Shown: one piece after another, positions 9,057 to 19,278 of the stretch | Position numbering within the stretch: position 1 is the first letter of the stretch | Layout: every line of letters starts with the position of its first letter | From: a virus | Lineage: Duplodnaviria > Heunggongvirae > Uroviricota > Caudoviricetes | Direction: 5' to 3' (one strand) | IMG/VR virus record: IMGVR_UViG_3300046542_000616 | DNA: 64,000 bases | Notes under the pieces: model-generated | What the model was told of the DNA's origin: nothing | Databases searched by the model: none | What the model saw: the letters and a program-made list of their open reading frames with translations, nothing else | Made by a program: the position numbers and the translations under genes

Positions 9057-9608
9057 ATGCAGAAAAGCGCGGTAACGACGAGCAGGCGATCTGCCTCGGC
9101 AGCCTTCAGCATTCAAGTAATCAACACGAGCCTGGTCAACATCGCGTTTCGCTTGATGTTTGTCCGGGATATCAGCGGCCTGCTGGTGGTCGTCAGTCAG
9201 GACGACTGCATTCGACAAGTCGCCTTCACCGACGAAGAGGTTGGCGATGACGTGCAAAGCTTCCTTGCCATCCAAGATCCTGCTGCCGTGGCTGCCAAGG
9301 TGATCTCCACCCATCCGGTGCGTGAGCTGGATGATGAGCAGTTCTTTGATAGCGTTGAGCAGAATCTTCGCTCGCTCAATGAGCGGTGCGTGATTTCCAA
9401 TGAAGCCTTCGGCGATCACATGTCCATGGTGGATCTATACCGAGAGAACATCAGTTCCGAATGCCTGACCTCGTACCTGATTCTGGAGAACCTCCAAGAC
9501 GTCGTTGAGAACAGTCAGGTGCACCAGATTATTCCGGAGGAGATTCATTTCTGGAAAGCCATCTGGAAACCCATCGTCAACAAGGCTTCTGCCATGAGCG
9601 GCCAATAA
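9057..9608 (+). CDS. hypothetical protein (start uncertain)
   Basis: ORF track; first of three plus-strand genes. Confidence 0.6.
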   Translation: MQKSAVTTSRRSASAAFSIQVINTSLVNIAFRLMFVRDISGLLVVVSQDDCIRQVAFTDEEVGDDVQSFLAIQDPAAVAAKVISTHPVRELDDEQFFDSVEQNLRSLNERCVISNEAFGDHMSMVDLYRENISSECLTSYLILENLQDVVENSQVHQIIPEEIHFWKAIWKPIVNKASAMSGQ

Positions 9609-9620
9609 TCAGGGGGTTTC

Positions 9621-10121
9621 ATGAGTACCGTAAGAGCCATTGAAAACGCATACATCAAGACAGCCAAGCGCAAGTGGGACAGGGTGTACTGGGCCCTGGA
9701 TCTGCATGACACCTGCATCAAGGCCACCTATGAGGCGAACAAGCCCCACACGTACGAATGGATCAACCCGTACGTCAAAAATGCTCTGAAGCGCCTGCAG
9801 GCTCACCCTGAGACCTGTTTGATTCTGTGGAGCTCCGTGCACGAAGCCGAGAAGGTGCACTACCTGAATTTCTTCGCCAATGAAGGCATTCATGTGTCGG
9901 GCTTCAACCACAACCCGTTTGAGACGGGAAGTGAGTCCTGCTGCGTGGATGAGAAGTTCTACTTTTCGATCCTGGTGGATGACAAGGCCGGCTTTGATCA
10001 GAGTGAGTGGCTGCACATCCCAGACTTCGTCGACTACATTCGTCAGGAATACCCACCAGTCGTGAAGGCTGCGAAGAAGACCATTCCCGACGCGGAACTG
10101 GACGCCACCACCCTGGCCTAA
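9621..10121 (+). CDS. HAD-superfamily-like protein
   Basis: YWALDLHDT (motif I variant), LILWSS (motif II) and ILVDDKAG (motif IV). Confidence 0.6.
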   Translation: MSTVRAIENAYIKTAKRKWDRVYWALDLHDTCIKATYEANKPHTYEWINPYVKNALKRLQAHPETCLILWSSVHEAEKVHYLNFFANEGIHVSGFNHNPFETGSESCCVDEKFYFSILVDDKAGFDQSEWLHIPDFVDYIRQEYPPVVKAAKKTIPDAELDATTLA

Positions 10122-10138
10122 CCACTGGAGCTTGACTG

Positions 10139-10738
10139 ATGGATTCATTGAAGGAAGTTCTGGCGGCTGAAAACCAGCAGGTGGCTCGCCAACTGATCTG
10201 TGCCCAGGGGTACAACAAGGCGGTGGCAAACGAGTGGTCAAGCCATCCCGTTGGCGTCATGACCATGGTTGTCATGACCCCTACGGATGCTGACTTTTTC
10301 GGGGACAGCTACCTCAACTGGGTGGCCGTTGCTCCTGCTCGCTGGACGGTGCTGTGGCAGAACGTCTATGACCTGCCCGATGGGCAGAATGTGGCGATCA
10401 AGCTGCACGAATATCAGTCCTCAACCGACCCTGTCGACAATGCCGTGATCATCGCGAGCCTGGCTATGTCGAGTGCTGAAATCCGTGGGCTGGTGCTGTT
10501 TGCTGTCGACAACGGTGTCCGTCTGGAAAACTGCCGCGTTGACTGCCCGTGGATGAGTCAGAGTGTGTTTGACGCGCTTGCGCATGACTTTGGCAAGGAG
10601 TGGGCCGAGAAAGCCCTGTCCACGGTAGGCGTGGTGCCTGACGAGCTCGTGAAGGGTGTCAGCCTGGGTCGCCTGCTCAACCTGCCGGTGAAAGACCTCG
10701 CTTACATGCCGGCCCGCGTAGCCGCCATGCTGCAGTAA
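10139..10738 (+). CDS. hypothetical protein (199 aa)
   Basis: ORF track; GGAG SD. Confidence 0.65.
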   Translation: MDSLKEVLAAENQQVARQLICAQGYNKAVANEWSSHPVGVMTMVVMTPTDADFFGDSYLNWVAVAPARWTVLWQNVYDLPDGQNVAIKLHEYQSSTDPVDNAVIIASLAMSSAEIRGLVLFAVDNGVRLENCRVDCPWMSQSVFDALAHDFGKEWAEKALSTVGVVPDELVKGVSLGRLLNLPVKDLAYMPARVAAMLQ

Positions 10739-10821
10739 CTGACTGGAAGCTATCGGCGACTCACGGACGACTTAAGGATCAGGCATGTCTGAACTCATTA
10801 AAAACAGGATGGTGGCAGAGT

Positions 10822-11613
10822 CTAAGGGGAGGGCCCGTCGTTGATTTCGCACCTTGGTGCGGCAGGAACGGTCACCATCCCCTTGGCGTCGACCTGTAGC
10901 AACGTGACGACCTTGGCTGGATCCAGCGCGTCGTAGTAAAACTCATCACCATTGCTGGCCTTGTACACACGGGAAGCCAGCACCAGGGCGGTGGTGACGT
11001 GTTGCGGTGCAGCTTCGTATATCGCGGTGGTGACGGCGTGATCGAGTGTTAGTCGGAGCATGCGCTCAGTTGCATTACGCGCCTGATTGCCTTCCTCGTA
11101 ATCCTTCAGTACCCGACGAGCCGTACTCTTGAGGCTTCGAGCATCGGCCTTGTAGGCATAGTCCATGGGGAATAGGTGATTCACCTCGGCGCTCATGGCC
11201 CTTATCAGTGAATAGCCCAATGCCGATGACGATGCCTTAACGCATTCGCCACGGAAACTCTCGCGGCGCTGTTGATTGATAGCAGGATTGAGCAGGTGCC
11301 CGAACTTCTCTTGCAAGTGGTCTTCGTAAAACCTCGCATTAAGAAGCGTGCCTTTGGCTACAAAAATCTCACCGCTTTCATCTGGATGGCCAGTGATGAT
11401 GTCGGCTTCGTCGTAGCTGTAGTCGAGAACCACGTCCTTATCGTCGGTGCCTTCGATGTAGTACTGCAGGAAATCCAGGTCTGTGCCCAGGTAGAAACCG
11501 CCACGCCCGGTGTTCACCGAACCCAGGGTCAAGTCCACCGGCCAGCGCATCTGGAGCGTATGAGCCTGGAGGTTCTGCAGGTTGTAGGAAACGATCCTGT
11601 GGCCGACTGGCAT
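10822..11613 (-). CDS. hypothetical protein (263 aa) at the distal end of array 1, lacking the LEDALGL tail
   Basis: ORF track; ends EINDGPSP*. Confidence 0.65.
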   Translation of the reverse strand: MPVGHRIVSYNLQNLQAHTLQMRWPVDLTLGSVNTGRGGFYLGTDLDFLQYYIEGTDDKDVVLDYSYDEADIITGHPDESGEIFVAKGTLLNARFYEDHLQEKFGHLLNPAINQQRRESFRGECVKASSSALGYSLIRAMSAEVNHLFPMDYAYKADARSLKSTARRVLKDYEEGNQARNATERMLRLTLDHAVTTAIYEAAPQHVTTALVLASRVYKASNGDEFYYDALDPAKVVTLLQVDAKGMVTVPAAPRCEINDGPSP

Positions 11614-11633
11614 TTAAAACCTCTGGATGTGCG

Positions 11634-12806
11634 TTAAAGGCCCAACGCGTCTTCGAGCATGTATGCCTTGCTCCATCGCAGGCCAAGCGCCGTCTCAACA
11701 GCGAACACCGTTTTGACGAAGGTGTTTTTATTAATGGGCGTCGTGTTTTTAAGCATCTCATCGATCTCGTTTCGATTGGCGCCCAGCTTTATTTTTTCCG
11801 CGCAGTCATTCTCAGCACCAAGCTCGTCAAAAACCCACTTGAGCTTGATCCGCTCAGGCGGCTTCTGAGCTATCGTCTTGTCTGCGTCGATGCCTTTAAC
11901 CTCGGCTTTTGCGACAACCAGGCCAGACTGAACAATTTCGCAGTGCCAGAAGTCTGCCTTGTAAAATTCTGATTGGGTTGTGTGAGCGGTTGCTTTGGCA
12001 ATCGCCTGAGACAGCGTAGGGGCAGCGGCAATAAGGAATCGAAATCCTTTTGTTAGGTTAGATGAAAATTCGATCCGATATTGGCCGGCAAAACAATCAT
12101 CGCGTAGCCAAGTCTTTTGAGCCTCGCTGAAAAGCTCGGTTTTTCCGGCAATTACCCTGGACTCGTATGTTTCCTGAAGGCATTCAGGCAGTTCGATGTC
12201 CTTTCCGGTCAAGTCGATCAGCCAGCCTATGTCGAAACCTTCATAAGCGTGGAAGTATTGGTAGATGGCTTCTTGCTGATCAGGCGATGATTCGTTGTAC
12301 AGAATTGCAATATCGACCCACCTGACGTTTGCAGTCATTTTTGCTTGGAACATAAAGTAGCTGCATAGCTGATCCAAGCTGGATGGCTGAAATTTTCCAT
12401 GAAGTTCTTCGAAGCGAGCGTCTTCTTTGGCGGCTATTTCTGCAAGCTCAATTTTTGTCACAAATGGAGCGTTATGGATCCTTGGTTTTAAGATTGAGAA
12501 CAGTCGCTCAAAGGTTAGTTCTGACATCGATTTGAGTGGCGCAATTATCTCAGGATGAATGCTGCCAGGAAGGTCGAAGTGGTTCTCGCTCAGACGATCC
12601 AATGCATCGGCGTCGGGCACGACCTCTTCGCCAAACAAGGTGGTGAACCTTGCAGGGTTTCGATAAAACGCACTGTTGATGAATACATGGCTGTATGCGC
12701 TTGGAATTGGCAACATCTCTGGTTTATTTGACATAGTCACTACTTGGATTTGGATTACTTGCATTATCCGACAAGAACATCGATCCGGACAAGAAAACCA
12801 GTGCAT
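11634..12806 (-). CDS. family A tailed protein A1 (likely start 12734)
   Basis: Family A motifs; ends WSKAYMLEDALGL*. Confidence 0.85.
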   Translation of the reverse strand: MHWFSCPDRCSCRIMQVIQIQVVTMSNKPEMLPIPSAYSHVFINSAFYRNPARFTTLFGEEVVPDADALDRLSENHFDLPGSIHPEIIAPLKSMSELTFERLFSILKPRIHNAPFVTKIELAEIAAKEDARFEELHGKFQPSSLDQLCSYFMFQAKMTANVRWVDIAILYNESSPDQQEAIYQYFHAYEGFDIGWLIDLTGKDIELPECLQETYESRVIAGKTELFSEAQKTWLRDDCFAGQYRIEFSSNLTKGFRFLIAAAPTLSQAIAKATAHTTQSEFYKADFWHCEIVQSGLVVAKAEVKGIDADKTIAQKPPERIKLKWVFDELGAENDCAEKIKLGANRNEIDEMLKNTTPINKNTFVKTVFAVETALGLRWSKAYMLEDALGL

Positions 12807-12815
12807 GGTTAAGGC

Positions 12816-13835
12816 TTAAAGGCCCAATTCGTCTTCAAGCCGGCTCACCTTCGACCACTGCATACCAAGTGCTTCTTCGGTGGCATACAGCGTCTTGAGG
12901 AACTCAGTCTTGGTGATGCCGCCCTGGTCGTTCTTTGGGCGAAGGTCAGCATGTCGCCAGGTAATTCTCGGGTCTTTGTCCTTCACGTGAGGGTGATTGC
13001 CGGAGGTGAACTTGACCTCACCCGTTGCAACAAACTGCCCTAGCTGGGCGAGACTGATGTGGGCAAGCGTGCCTTTGAAGTTGATGGCTCCCTGGATGGC
13101 ACGAGCAATTGCAAGCTCCAGTGTCGGTGCTGTGCTGATCAACAAGTCGCGATGATAAGAGTCGACTCCATACACCTCGAATTGGTTAATAACGAAATCC
13201 TCTCTGAGCCACCGGTCTTTGGCCACGTCGAAAGCCTGCTTCTCCCCATTTTCGATTCTGGTTTGCAAGGGCTTGTCGAAGGCGGGCGGGAGGTCGATAG
13301 CCGGCGCCTGGGTCGCTAGAAGGATGGCAAGGTCTCTGTTCTTTACGATACTAAAGTATTGGTACAAAGCCTCCTGCTGGTCGTCTGTGGACGCGTTATA
13401 GAGATCTGCCAGTCGAGCCCATTCGACATAGCGGTTTACTCGGGCGGAGAGGAGCAGATAGCTCATGACCTGGTCTGTCGAAGCAGGATGGGATGCCTCA
13501 GTAATGTTGCCGTATTCCCTGCGCGCCATATCGGCGAGGTTGTCACGGCTGGTGATGATTTCATTTTGAAACTTAGGCTTGAGCACCGAGCAAAGCGCCT
13601 CAAACGTCTCGCCAGTCATGGCGGCCAGCGGAGCCATGATCGTGGTATCGATTTTGTGAGGGCCGTTTTGGTTTGAGTCATCGAAATCGATGTCAGCCAC
13701 CACATGCGGCCCGACCCTTTCTGAGTCCTTATGCTCATCTGGATGATGGCAGTCGAGGTTTTCGTAGAGCAGTCGAATGTACGGATAGGCTTCCACGCTG
13801 GGTGGCGTGATGTGGTTTGGGCTGGTCGATGACAT
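12816..13835 (-). CDS. family A tailed protein A2
   Basis: PPSVEAYPYI ... ends WSKVSRLEDELGL*. Confidence 0.85.
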   Translation of the reverse strand: MSSTSPNHITPPSVEAYPYIRLLYENLDCHHPDEHKDSERVGPHVVADIDFDDSNQNGPHKIDTTIMAPLAAMTGETFEALCSVLKPKFQNEIITSRDNLADMARREYGNITEASHPASTDQVMSYLLLSARVNRYVEWARLADLYNASTDDQQEALYQYFSIVKNRDLAILLATQAPAIDLPPAFDKPLQTRIENGEKQAFDVAKDRWLREDFVINQFEVYGVDSYHRDLLISTAPTLELAIARAIQGAINFKGTLAHISLAQLGQFVATGEVKFTSGNHPHVKDKDPRITWRHADLRPKNDQGGITKTEFLKTLYATEEALGMQWSKVSRLEDELGL

Positions 13836-13910
13836 GGTGAAGCTCCTGGTGGTGCTTTGTTAAGTATCCGTGTTGCGCATACCGCTGGGCAACTTGCTAC
13901 GGGGGATAGG

Positions 13911-15005
13911 TCACAGGCCCAGCGCATCTTCCAGGAGTTGCACCTTGCTCCACTGAACGCCCATGGCTTTCTCAACGGTGAAGAGTGTCTTGATGAAGTC
14001 GTCTTTTTTGAGCGGCGTGGTGAATCTCGACAGGGTCTCGATCTGCTGTTCTGTAAGGTTTTGTGTCCTGATTTTCTCAGCAATTTCCTCCTCACAGCCA
14101 AGTTGATCCACAAGCCACAGGGGTTTCACCGGACGTCTGGCAAAATCGATTAAATGGCTGTCATCACCTATGGACTGAAACCTGGCGCCGGCAATCCTTA
14201 GTCCGCCTTGCGTAATGTCGCAGAAACAGAAGTCAAGCGAGTATTCGGTTTCTTTGAGATGGGCAGTGGCTTTGGCCAATGCCTCGCATAACGTCGGAGC
14301 AGTAGCGACAAGCGTTTTAAATGCGTCATTCACGATGTCTACGCGGTACTGTTGGATATAGGCATCATCGCGCAACCACCGCTGCAGCACCTGGCTGTAG
14401 TGGTAGTCATTGCCGTTATGCACCCTTGTTTCCAATGGCTCGACGAGTGATTCTGGCAGGTCGAATTCCTTGGCCTTGTGCTCAAGTAACCGCGCAAGCT
14501 CGAGCCCATGGTAATGATTGAAGTATTGCCAGATGGCTTGCTGCTGGCCTTTCGCAGATCGATTGTAAAAATCGACAAAATTGCCCCAATGGATATTTTT
14601 CTTTGCGAGCGTTGCTTTCGCAATGGCGAACGACTCAAGCTGCGTTGGCGAATACGTTTCAAGGTGTGGATCAGACTTCAGGAGTTCTACCAGGTCATTT
14701 TGCGAGAAGCGCTGTAGGCTCTCTCGATTCCTGATTTCATAGTCGTCGTATTTAAAGCTTAGGATTGAGGCCAGGGTAGCGAACGTTTCATCGCTCATCG
14801 CTTCTAACGGGGCAATGCGGGTCAAGTCAATGTTGCCTGGCGAACCAAATCGGTTGTGCATGATATTGGAATGCAGGGTGCGATCTCCAGCCGCATCAAG
14901 GCCATCAGCAGTGGTAAAGCCAGTAGGATCACCACGGTAAATGATGTTGATGAAGGGATAATCCCTCAAGGCTGGCTTGATCAGCTCGGTTGGGCCTGCG
15001 ATCAC
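13911..15005 (-). CDS. family A tailed protein A3
   Basis: Ends WSKVQLLEDALGL*. Confidence 0.85.
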   Translation of the reverse strand: MIAGPTELIKPALRDYPFINIIYRGDPTGFTTADGLDAAGDRTLHSNIMHNRFGSPGNIDLTRIAPLEAMSDETFATLASILSFKYDDYEIRNRESLQRFSQNDLVELLKSDPHLETYSPTQLESFAIAKATLAKKNIHWGNFVDFYNRSAKGQQQAIWQYFNHYHGLELARLLEHKAKEFDLPESLVEPLETRVHNGNDYHYSQVLQRWLRDDAYIQQYRVDIVNDAFKTLVATAPTLCEALAKATAHLKETEYSLDFCFCDITQGGLRIAGARFQSIGDDSHLIDFARRPVKPLWLVDQLGCEEEIAEKIRTQNLTEQQIETLSRFTTPLKKDDFIKTLFTVEKAMGVQWSKVQLLEDALGL

Positions 15006-15048
15006 GAAAATGCTCCTTGTGAATTCTTATTGTGGGTATGAGCGTCCA

Positions 15049-16221
15049 TTAAATCCCCAGCGCCTCTTCCATGTGCCTCACCTTGTTCCATTGCACGCCC
15101 AAGGCCTTCTCAACCGCGAACAGGGTCTTGATAAATTCGTTTTTTTTGAGCGGCGTGGTGTACTTAGTCACTGCCCCGATCTCCGCACCAGGCTCATACT
15201 GAACCCACAGTGGCTTGACTGGGCGAGATGCCCAGTCCAAAAGGCGGTCGTCGCTGGAATTGATTGACTCAAGCGTTGCCCAAGCGACTATCCGACCGCC
15301 TTGGAGAATATCGCAGTAGTCGGTATCAATCGGATACTCATTGTCCTTCAGGTACGCTGTCGCTTTGGCAAGTATTTGAGCCAGGGTCGGCGCGGTCGCA
15401 ATCAGTGTTCGGGTCACCGGGTTTACGATGTCAAAGCGGTACTGCTGCTGATACGCATCATCGCGCAACCACTTCTGAAGAACCTGGCTATAGCGGTATT
15501 CATTACCTTTATGCGATCTCGACTCAAACGGCTCAATTAGACAATCGGGGATGGTGAGATCCTTGGCTTTGTGCGCGAGCAGAGATTCAAGCTCAAGACC
15601 GTGATATGTCTCGAAGTATTGGCGGATGGCTTGCTGCTGGTCATCGGCAGACTGGTTGTAGAGGCTAACCAGGTTGCCCCAGTGGACGCTTTTGGAAAAC
15701 GTGGCCCTGGCCAAGAAGTAGGCCTCAAACTGGGCTCGAATGTAGGGCTCACGACCTTCGTCATTTGGCAGGTGGTAACTGCTGTTTTTGTATGTGAAAT
15801 GCTCAAGGCTGCTGCGTTCACGTATGTCCGCGTCGTCACATTTGATGCCGAGGATTGAGGCCAGGGAAGCGAACGTTTCGTCGGTCATGGCACAATAAGG
15901 CGCCAATAGGGTATCAGTGATGTCCGCCGCAGAGCGGAATTGCGAGCTGTTGATCTTAGTTCGTCGCTCAGGATCACCTGCCATGCAGACGTCCTCGTAG
16001 ATGTCATCCTTTCCATCTTCTCCGGCCAGCACACAGTGAACCTTATCCGTAATGAACCGAGTGCGATCCCCTTGAAAGACGATGTTGATGAAGGGGTAGT
16101 TCTTCAAGTCAGGTGCGGTTAACTGGTGGGTGGTCACGTCTGTGTTCCTTGTCTGTTCTTGTCGAAGGGGGCCAGGCATCAAAGCCCAAGCGCATCTTCC
16201 AGCTTGGACACCCGGTTCCAC
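15049..16221 (-). CDS. family A tailed protein A4 (likely GTG start 16137)
   Basis: Ends WNKVRHMEEALGI*. Confidence 0.85.
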   Translation of the reverse strand: MEPGVQAGRCAWALMPGPLRQEQTRNTDVTTHQLTAPDLKNYPFINIVFQGDRTRFITDKVHCVLAGEDGKDDIYEDVCMAGDPERRTKINSSQFRSAADITDTLLAPYCAMTDETFASLASILGIKCDDADIRERSSLEHFTYKNSSYHLPNDEGREPYIRAQFEAYFLARATFSKSVHWGNLVSLYNQSADDQQQAIRQYFETYHGLELESLLAHKAKDLTIPDCLIEPFESRSHKGNEYRYSQVLQKWLRDDAYQQQYRFDIVNPVTRTLIATAPTLAQILAKATAYLKDNEYPIDTDYCDILQGGRIVAWATLESINSSDDRLLDWASRPVKPLWVQYEPGAEIGAVTKYTTPLKKNEFIKTLFAVEKALGVQWNKVRHMEEALGI

Positions 16222-17432
16222 TGAAGGCCCATGGTCTTCTCTACGAAGAACACTGCTTTGGTAAACTCCTTTTCCGAGACCTTTACCGTCTTGCTAAGTC
16301 GGAGATCGATTTCACTGACCTGCTGTTTAAGCTGACCGATGATCAGTGAATCCTTGGTGTTCTCGATTTCCTGCAGGAGCTTTTCGCCCTTAGCCCGCAA
16401 ATTGCCTAGGTCTTCACCCAACTGCTCAAAATTCCACTTAAGCTTGTAGGGGGACATGATCATCTCGAACAAATCGGCATCATCAGGAAAGTCCTTCGCC
16501 ATCTTGAACTCACCTTGAGCCAGGTATTTGCCTTGCTGACGCAGGACGATCAGGTCAGACACCATGGAGCCCGTGGCTTTTTCGACATACGCGGTAGCCT
16601 TGGCAATGGCTTGGTTGAGCGTCGGAGCGGAGCCCAGCAGGAAGATCTCTTGTGTGCTGCGATGATAGGCGTCAACCCTGTATTGCTTGTGCAGGATGTC
16701 TTCACGAACCCATTGTTGCTGTAGATCACTGAATAAAAATTTCTCGCCATCAACGTCCTTGGATTGAAACGTCTCCTGGAGTTTCTCTGGAATGGTAATG
16801 GATACCGGTGGGGTGCTCATCAGCACACTCAGGTCACGGTTCATGCAGCGGAGGAAGTATTGATGAATCGCCTCCTGCTGGCCAGGCTCGGCGCCGTTGT
16901 AGAGCTCGGCAAGATGGCCCCAGTGAATGTCCTGGGTGGTCAGCGCTTTGGACAGGATGTATGTCTGAAGCTGATCGACGGTATACGACTCCTCATCATG
17001 GAATCGATTCAGGTTGCTGGCCGTAATTGTCTCAAGGGTCTGCCGGCTCACGATGTCTGATCCGAAGGCGCGAGGCTGCAGGATTTTCATCAGGCGGGCG
17101 AAGGTTTCGTCTGACATCGCCTGGACGGCGGCCACGGCGGGATCGCTCACGTAGGAGGGTTCCTGAAAAAAGCTGACCTCGAATTCTTCGTCAGCCTTTG
17201 AATTAGGGGACTGATCTTGCTGTATCACGTTGTGCTTGAACGATACGTTGTGATGGAAATGCACGGCATTGATGAACGGATAGGCGTCCAGGCTAGGTAC
17301 GGTAAGGCTGTCCGGTCTGCTCGTGGTCATGTTTGCGATCCTGATCTGGTTTTCCTCATTATCGGCGCTGAGACTGCGCTCGAACAAGCAATGATGCAGG
17401 GGTTTGATGCGACGGCTGCTCATAAGGGACAA
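16179..17432 (-). CDS. family A tailed protein A5 (likely start 17330)
   Basis: Ends WNRVSKLEDALGL*. Confidence 0.85.
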   Translation of the reverse strand: MSLMSSRRIKPLHHCLFERSLSADNEENQIRIANMTTSRPDSLTVPSLDAYPFINAVHFHHNVSFKHNVIQQDQSPNSKADEEFEVSFFQEPSYVSDPAVAAVQAMSDETFARLMKILQPRAFGSDIVSRQTLETITASNLNRFHDEESYTVDQLQTYILSKALTTQDIHWGHLAELYNGAEPGQQEAIHQYFLRCMNRDLSVLMSTPPVSITIPEKLQETFQSKDVDGEKFLFSDLQQQWVREDILHKQYRVDAYHRSTQEIFLLGSAPTLNQAIAKATAYVEKATGSMVSDLIVLRQQGKYLAQGEFKMAKDFPDDADLFEMIMSPYKLKWNFEQLGEDLGNLRAKGEKLLQEIENTKDSLIIGQLKQQVSEIDLRLSKTVKVSEKEFTKAVFFVEKTMGLQWNRVSKLEDALGL

Positions 17433-17455
17433 TACGTTATGGCCTGGAGTGACTC

Positions 17456-17893
17456 ATGGAATTGCAACAGAAGAAATACGGTTATAACTTGATTTTTTGC
17501 GAGCAGCGCAAAGACCAGACATACCATTGGAAAGATATTACGAATTTTGCGGCAGCCGACACCGCTGAGGAAGCTGTAGAAAATTTGTTGAAGCTCATGC
17601 GTGGATCGACGGAGCTAAAAGACATGTTTAAAACGAATGCAACTGTCTTATTAACCAAGTTTGAGTTAATCGGAAGCGGCAAAAAACTACTTAGTTTCGA
17701 AACACGCAGGATGGGAACAGTCGTTGATAATTTGGCAAATATACTTATAAGCGGAAGTATGGTTGGAGATCCTTGGAAAAACATCGTCTTTGACTATGTG
17801 GATCGGGAACTTCTAAGTGCCTTGGTGAAGACATTCCCAGATCAAAAGCAGTTCTTTAAAGGCAAGGTTTTAGAAGGCTCCCTAGGTCTGTGA
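17456..17893 (+). CDS. family B tailed protein B1
   Basis: FAAADTAEEAVENL; ends FKGKVLEGSLGL*. Confidence 0.85.
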   Translation: MELQQKKYGYNLIFCEQRKDQTYHWKDITNFAAADTAEEAVENLLKLMRGSTELKDMFKTNATVLLTKFELIGSGKKLLSFETRRMGTVVDNLANILISGSMVGDPWKNIVFDYVDRELLSALVKTFPDQKQFFKGKVLEGSLGL

Positions 17894-18352
17894 TTGGGCG
17901 TGGAGATAAAAGTTAGGAGCATAGCAGTGGATTATGACAAAAAGAAATTCGGGTTCACAATTTGGTTCCACGACCGGAACAAGAATCTTACGATCAACTG
18001 GTATGATTTTCCGGAATTTGCCTGTGCCGACACGGCGGGCGAGGCTATGGCTAATTTGGTCGATATTCTCGATGGATCTATTCCGTTGTGGCAGTTGCCG
18101 GACAAAGGAAGCAAGGCAGAATTGACCAGGATTGAGTTGCACGGTGATGGCAAGAGGCTGTTCAGGCTCAATGGTCTGAAAGAGGTCAAGAACCAGGCGC
18201 AACCTTGGCTTAAGACCATCGTTACTGTGCAGTGGAAATATACGGTATTCGATGACGTAAATCGCGAGCTCCTGGATGCTTTGGTGCAGACGTTTCCGGA
18301 GCAGCAGCGGATTTTCAAGGGTAAATTTTTGGAAGATGCTCTGGGCCTCTGA
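17894..18352 (+). CDS. family B tailed protein B2
   Basis: Ends FKGKFLEDALGL*. Confidence 0.85.
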   Translation: MGVEIKVRSIAVDYDKKKFGFTIWFHDRNKNLTINWYDFPEFACADTAGEAMANLVDILDGSIPLWQLPDKGSKAELTRIELHGDGKRLFRLNGLKEVKNQAQPWLKTIVTVQWKYTVFDDVNRELLDALVQTFPEQQRIFKGKFLEDALGL

Positions 18353-18382
18353 CCTGGTGGATTTCTTCTGAGGAATAAAGCG

Positions 18383-18826
18383 ATGGAAAACGCGAAAAAC
18401 AATTTTGGTTATATATTGGCCTTTAATGAGCGACTGAGTGGCGTAGGAAACCTGATAAAACATCACTACGTCTATGATTTCGCCGCCGCACAAACGGCTG
18501 AGGAAGCTGTCGACAACCTGGCGAAGGTGCTTGAAGGGTCGATTCCGTTTAAGCAGGATCTTGATAAGGGCCTCAGAGACAAAACCAAACTTGTCAGCCT
18601 TGAGTTAATGGGCGATGGCAAGAAGCTGTTCAAATTGCATTCCATTGAAGGAACGGAGAGCTTGTTCGGTTTGCCCTGGTTCAAGAAGCCGAGCTTGAGT
18701 GTTCACTGGGGTTGGATGGAATTTGAGCGCGTGGATCGGAATCTGCTGGATGCCTTGGTGAAGACGTTTCCGGAGCAGAAGCAGATCTTTAAGGGGAAAT
18801 TTCTGGAAGACGCCCTGGGCCTCTGA
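18383..18826 (+). CDS. family B tailed protein B3
   Basis: Ends FKGKFLEDALGL*. Confidence 0.85.
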   Translation: MENAKNNFGYILAFNERLSGVGNLIKHHYVYDFAAAQTAEEAVDNLAKVLEGSIPFKQDLDKGLRDKTKLVSLELMGDGKKLFKLHSIEGTESLFGLPWFKKPSLSVHWGWMEFERVDRNLLDALVKTFPEQKQIFKGKFLEDALGL

Positions 18827-18865
18827 TTCAATCTAAGTGCCGAAGCATTAAGGAATGCCAGAACG

Positions 18866-19252
18866 ATGAACCAAAGCCGATTTTCTTGCCGGCTGTATTT
18901 TAGCCGAGTGAGCATCACAGGCCGGCGAGACGTCTCCCTGATCCCTAATTACGTAGTCGGTACTTCCCTGGACGAAATTGTCAGCCAAGTGGCCAAGCTG
19001 TTTGATGGTTCCCGCCCGTTAGCAGGTGCAGGAAGCTCGGATGAGGCCCTATTCAGAGTGGTGATCGAAGAGATGGAGGATGAGTTGCTGACTCTTTCGG
19101 TGTTCGACGATGGCGAGCACTGCCTGATCAACTGGGAGGATTCGACATTCCACGGAGTGGGCAAGGAGATGGTCAATGCACTGACAGCAGTCTTTCCAGA
19201 TCATGTGGATCAATTCAAGCGCTTTGCACTGGAAGGGGCGCTCGGTCTCTGA
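18866..19252 (+). CDS. divergent family B tailed protein B4
   Basis: Ends FKRFALEGALGL*; MVNALTAVFPD resembles LLDALVKTFPE. Confidence 0.8.
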   Translation: MNQSRFSCRLYFSRVSITGRRDVSLIPNYVVGTSLDEIVSQVAKLFDGSRPLAGAGSSDEALFRVVIEEMEDELLTLSVFDDGEHCLINWEDSTFHGVGKEMVNALTAVFPDHVDQFKRFALEGALGL

Positions 19253-19278
19253 AAGGGCCGGGAAGGCCTTGTAGTCGC

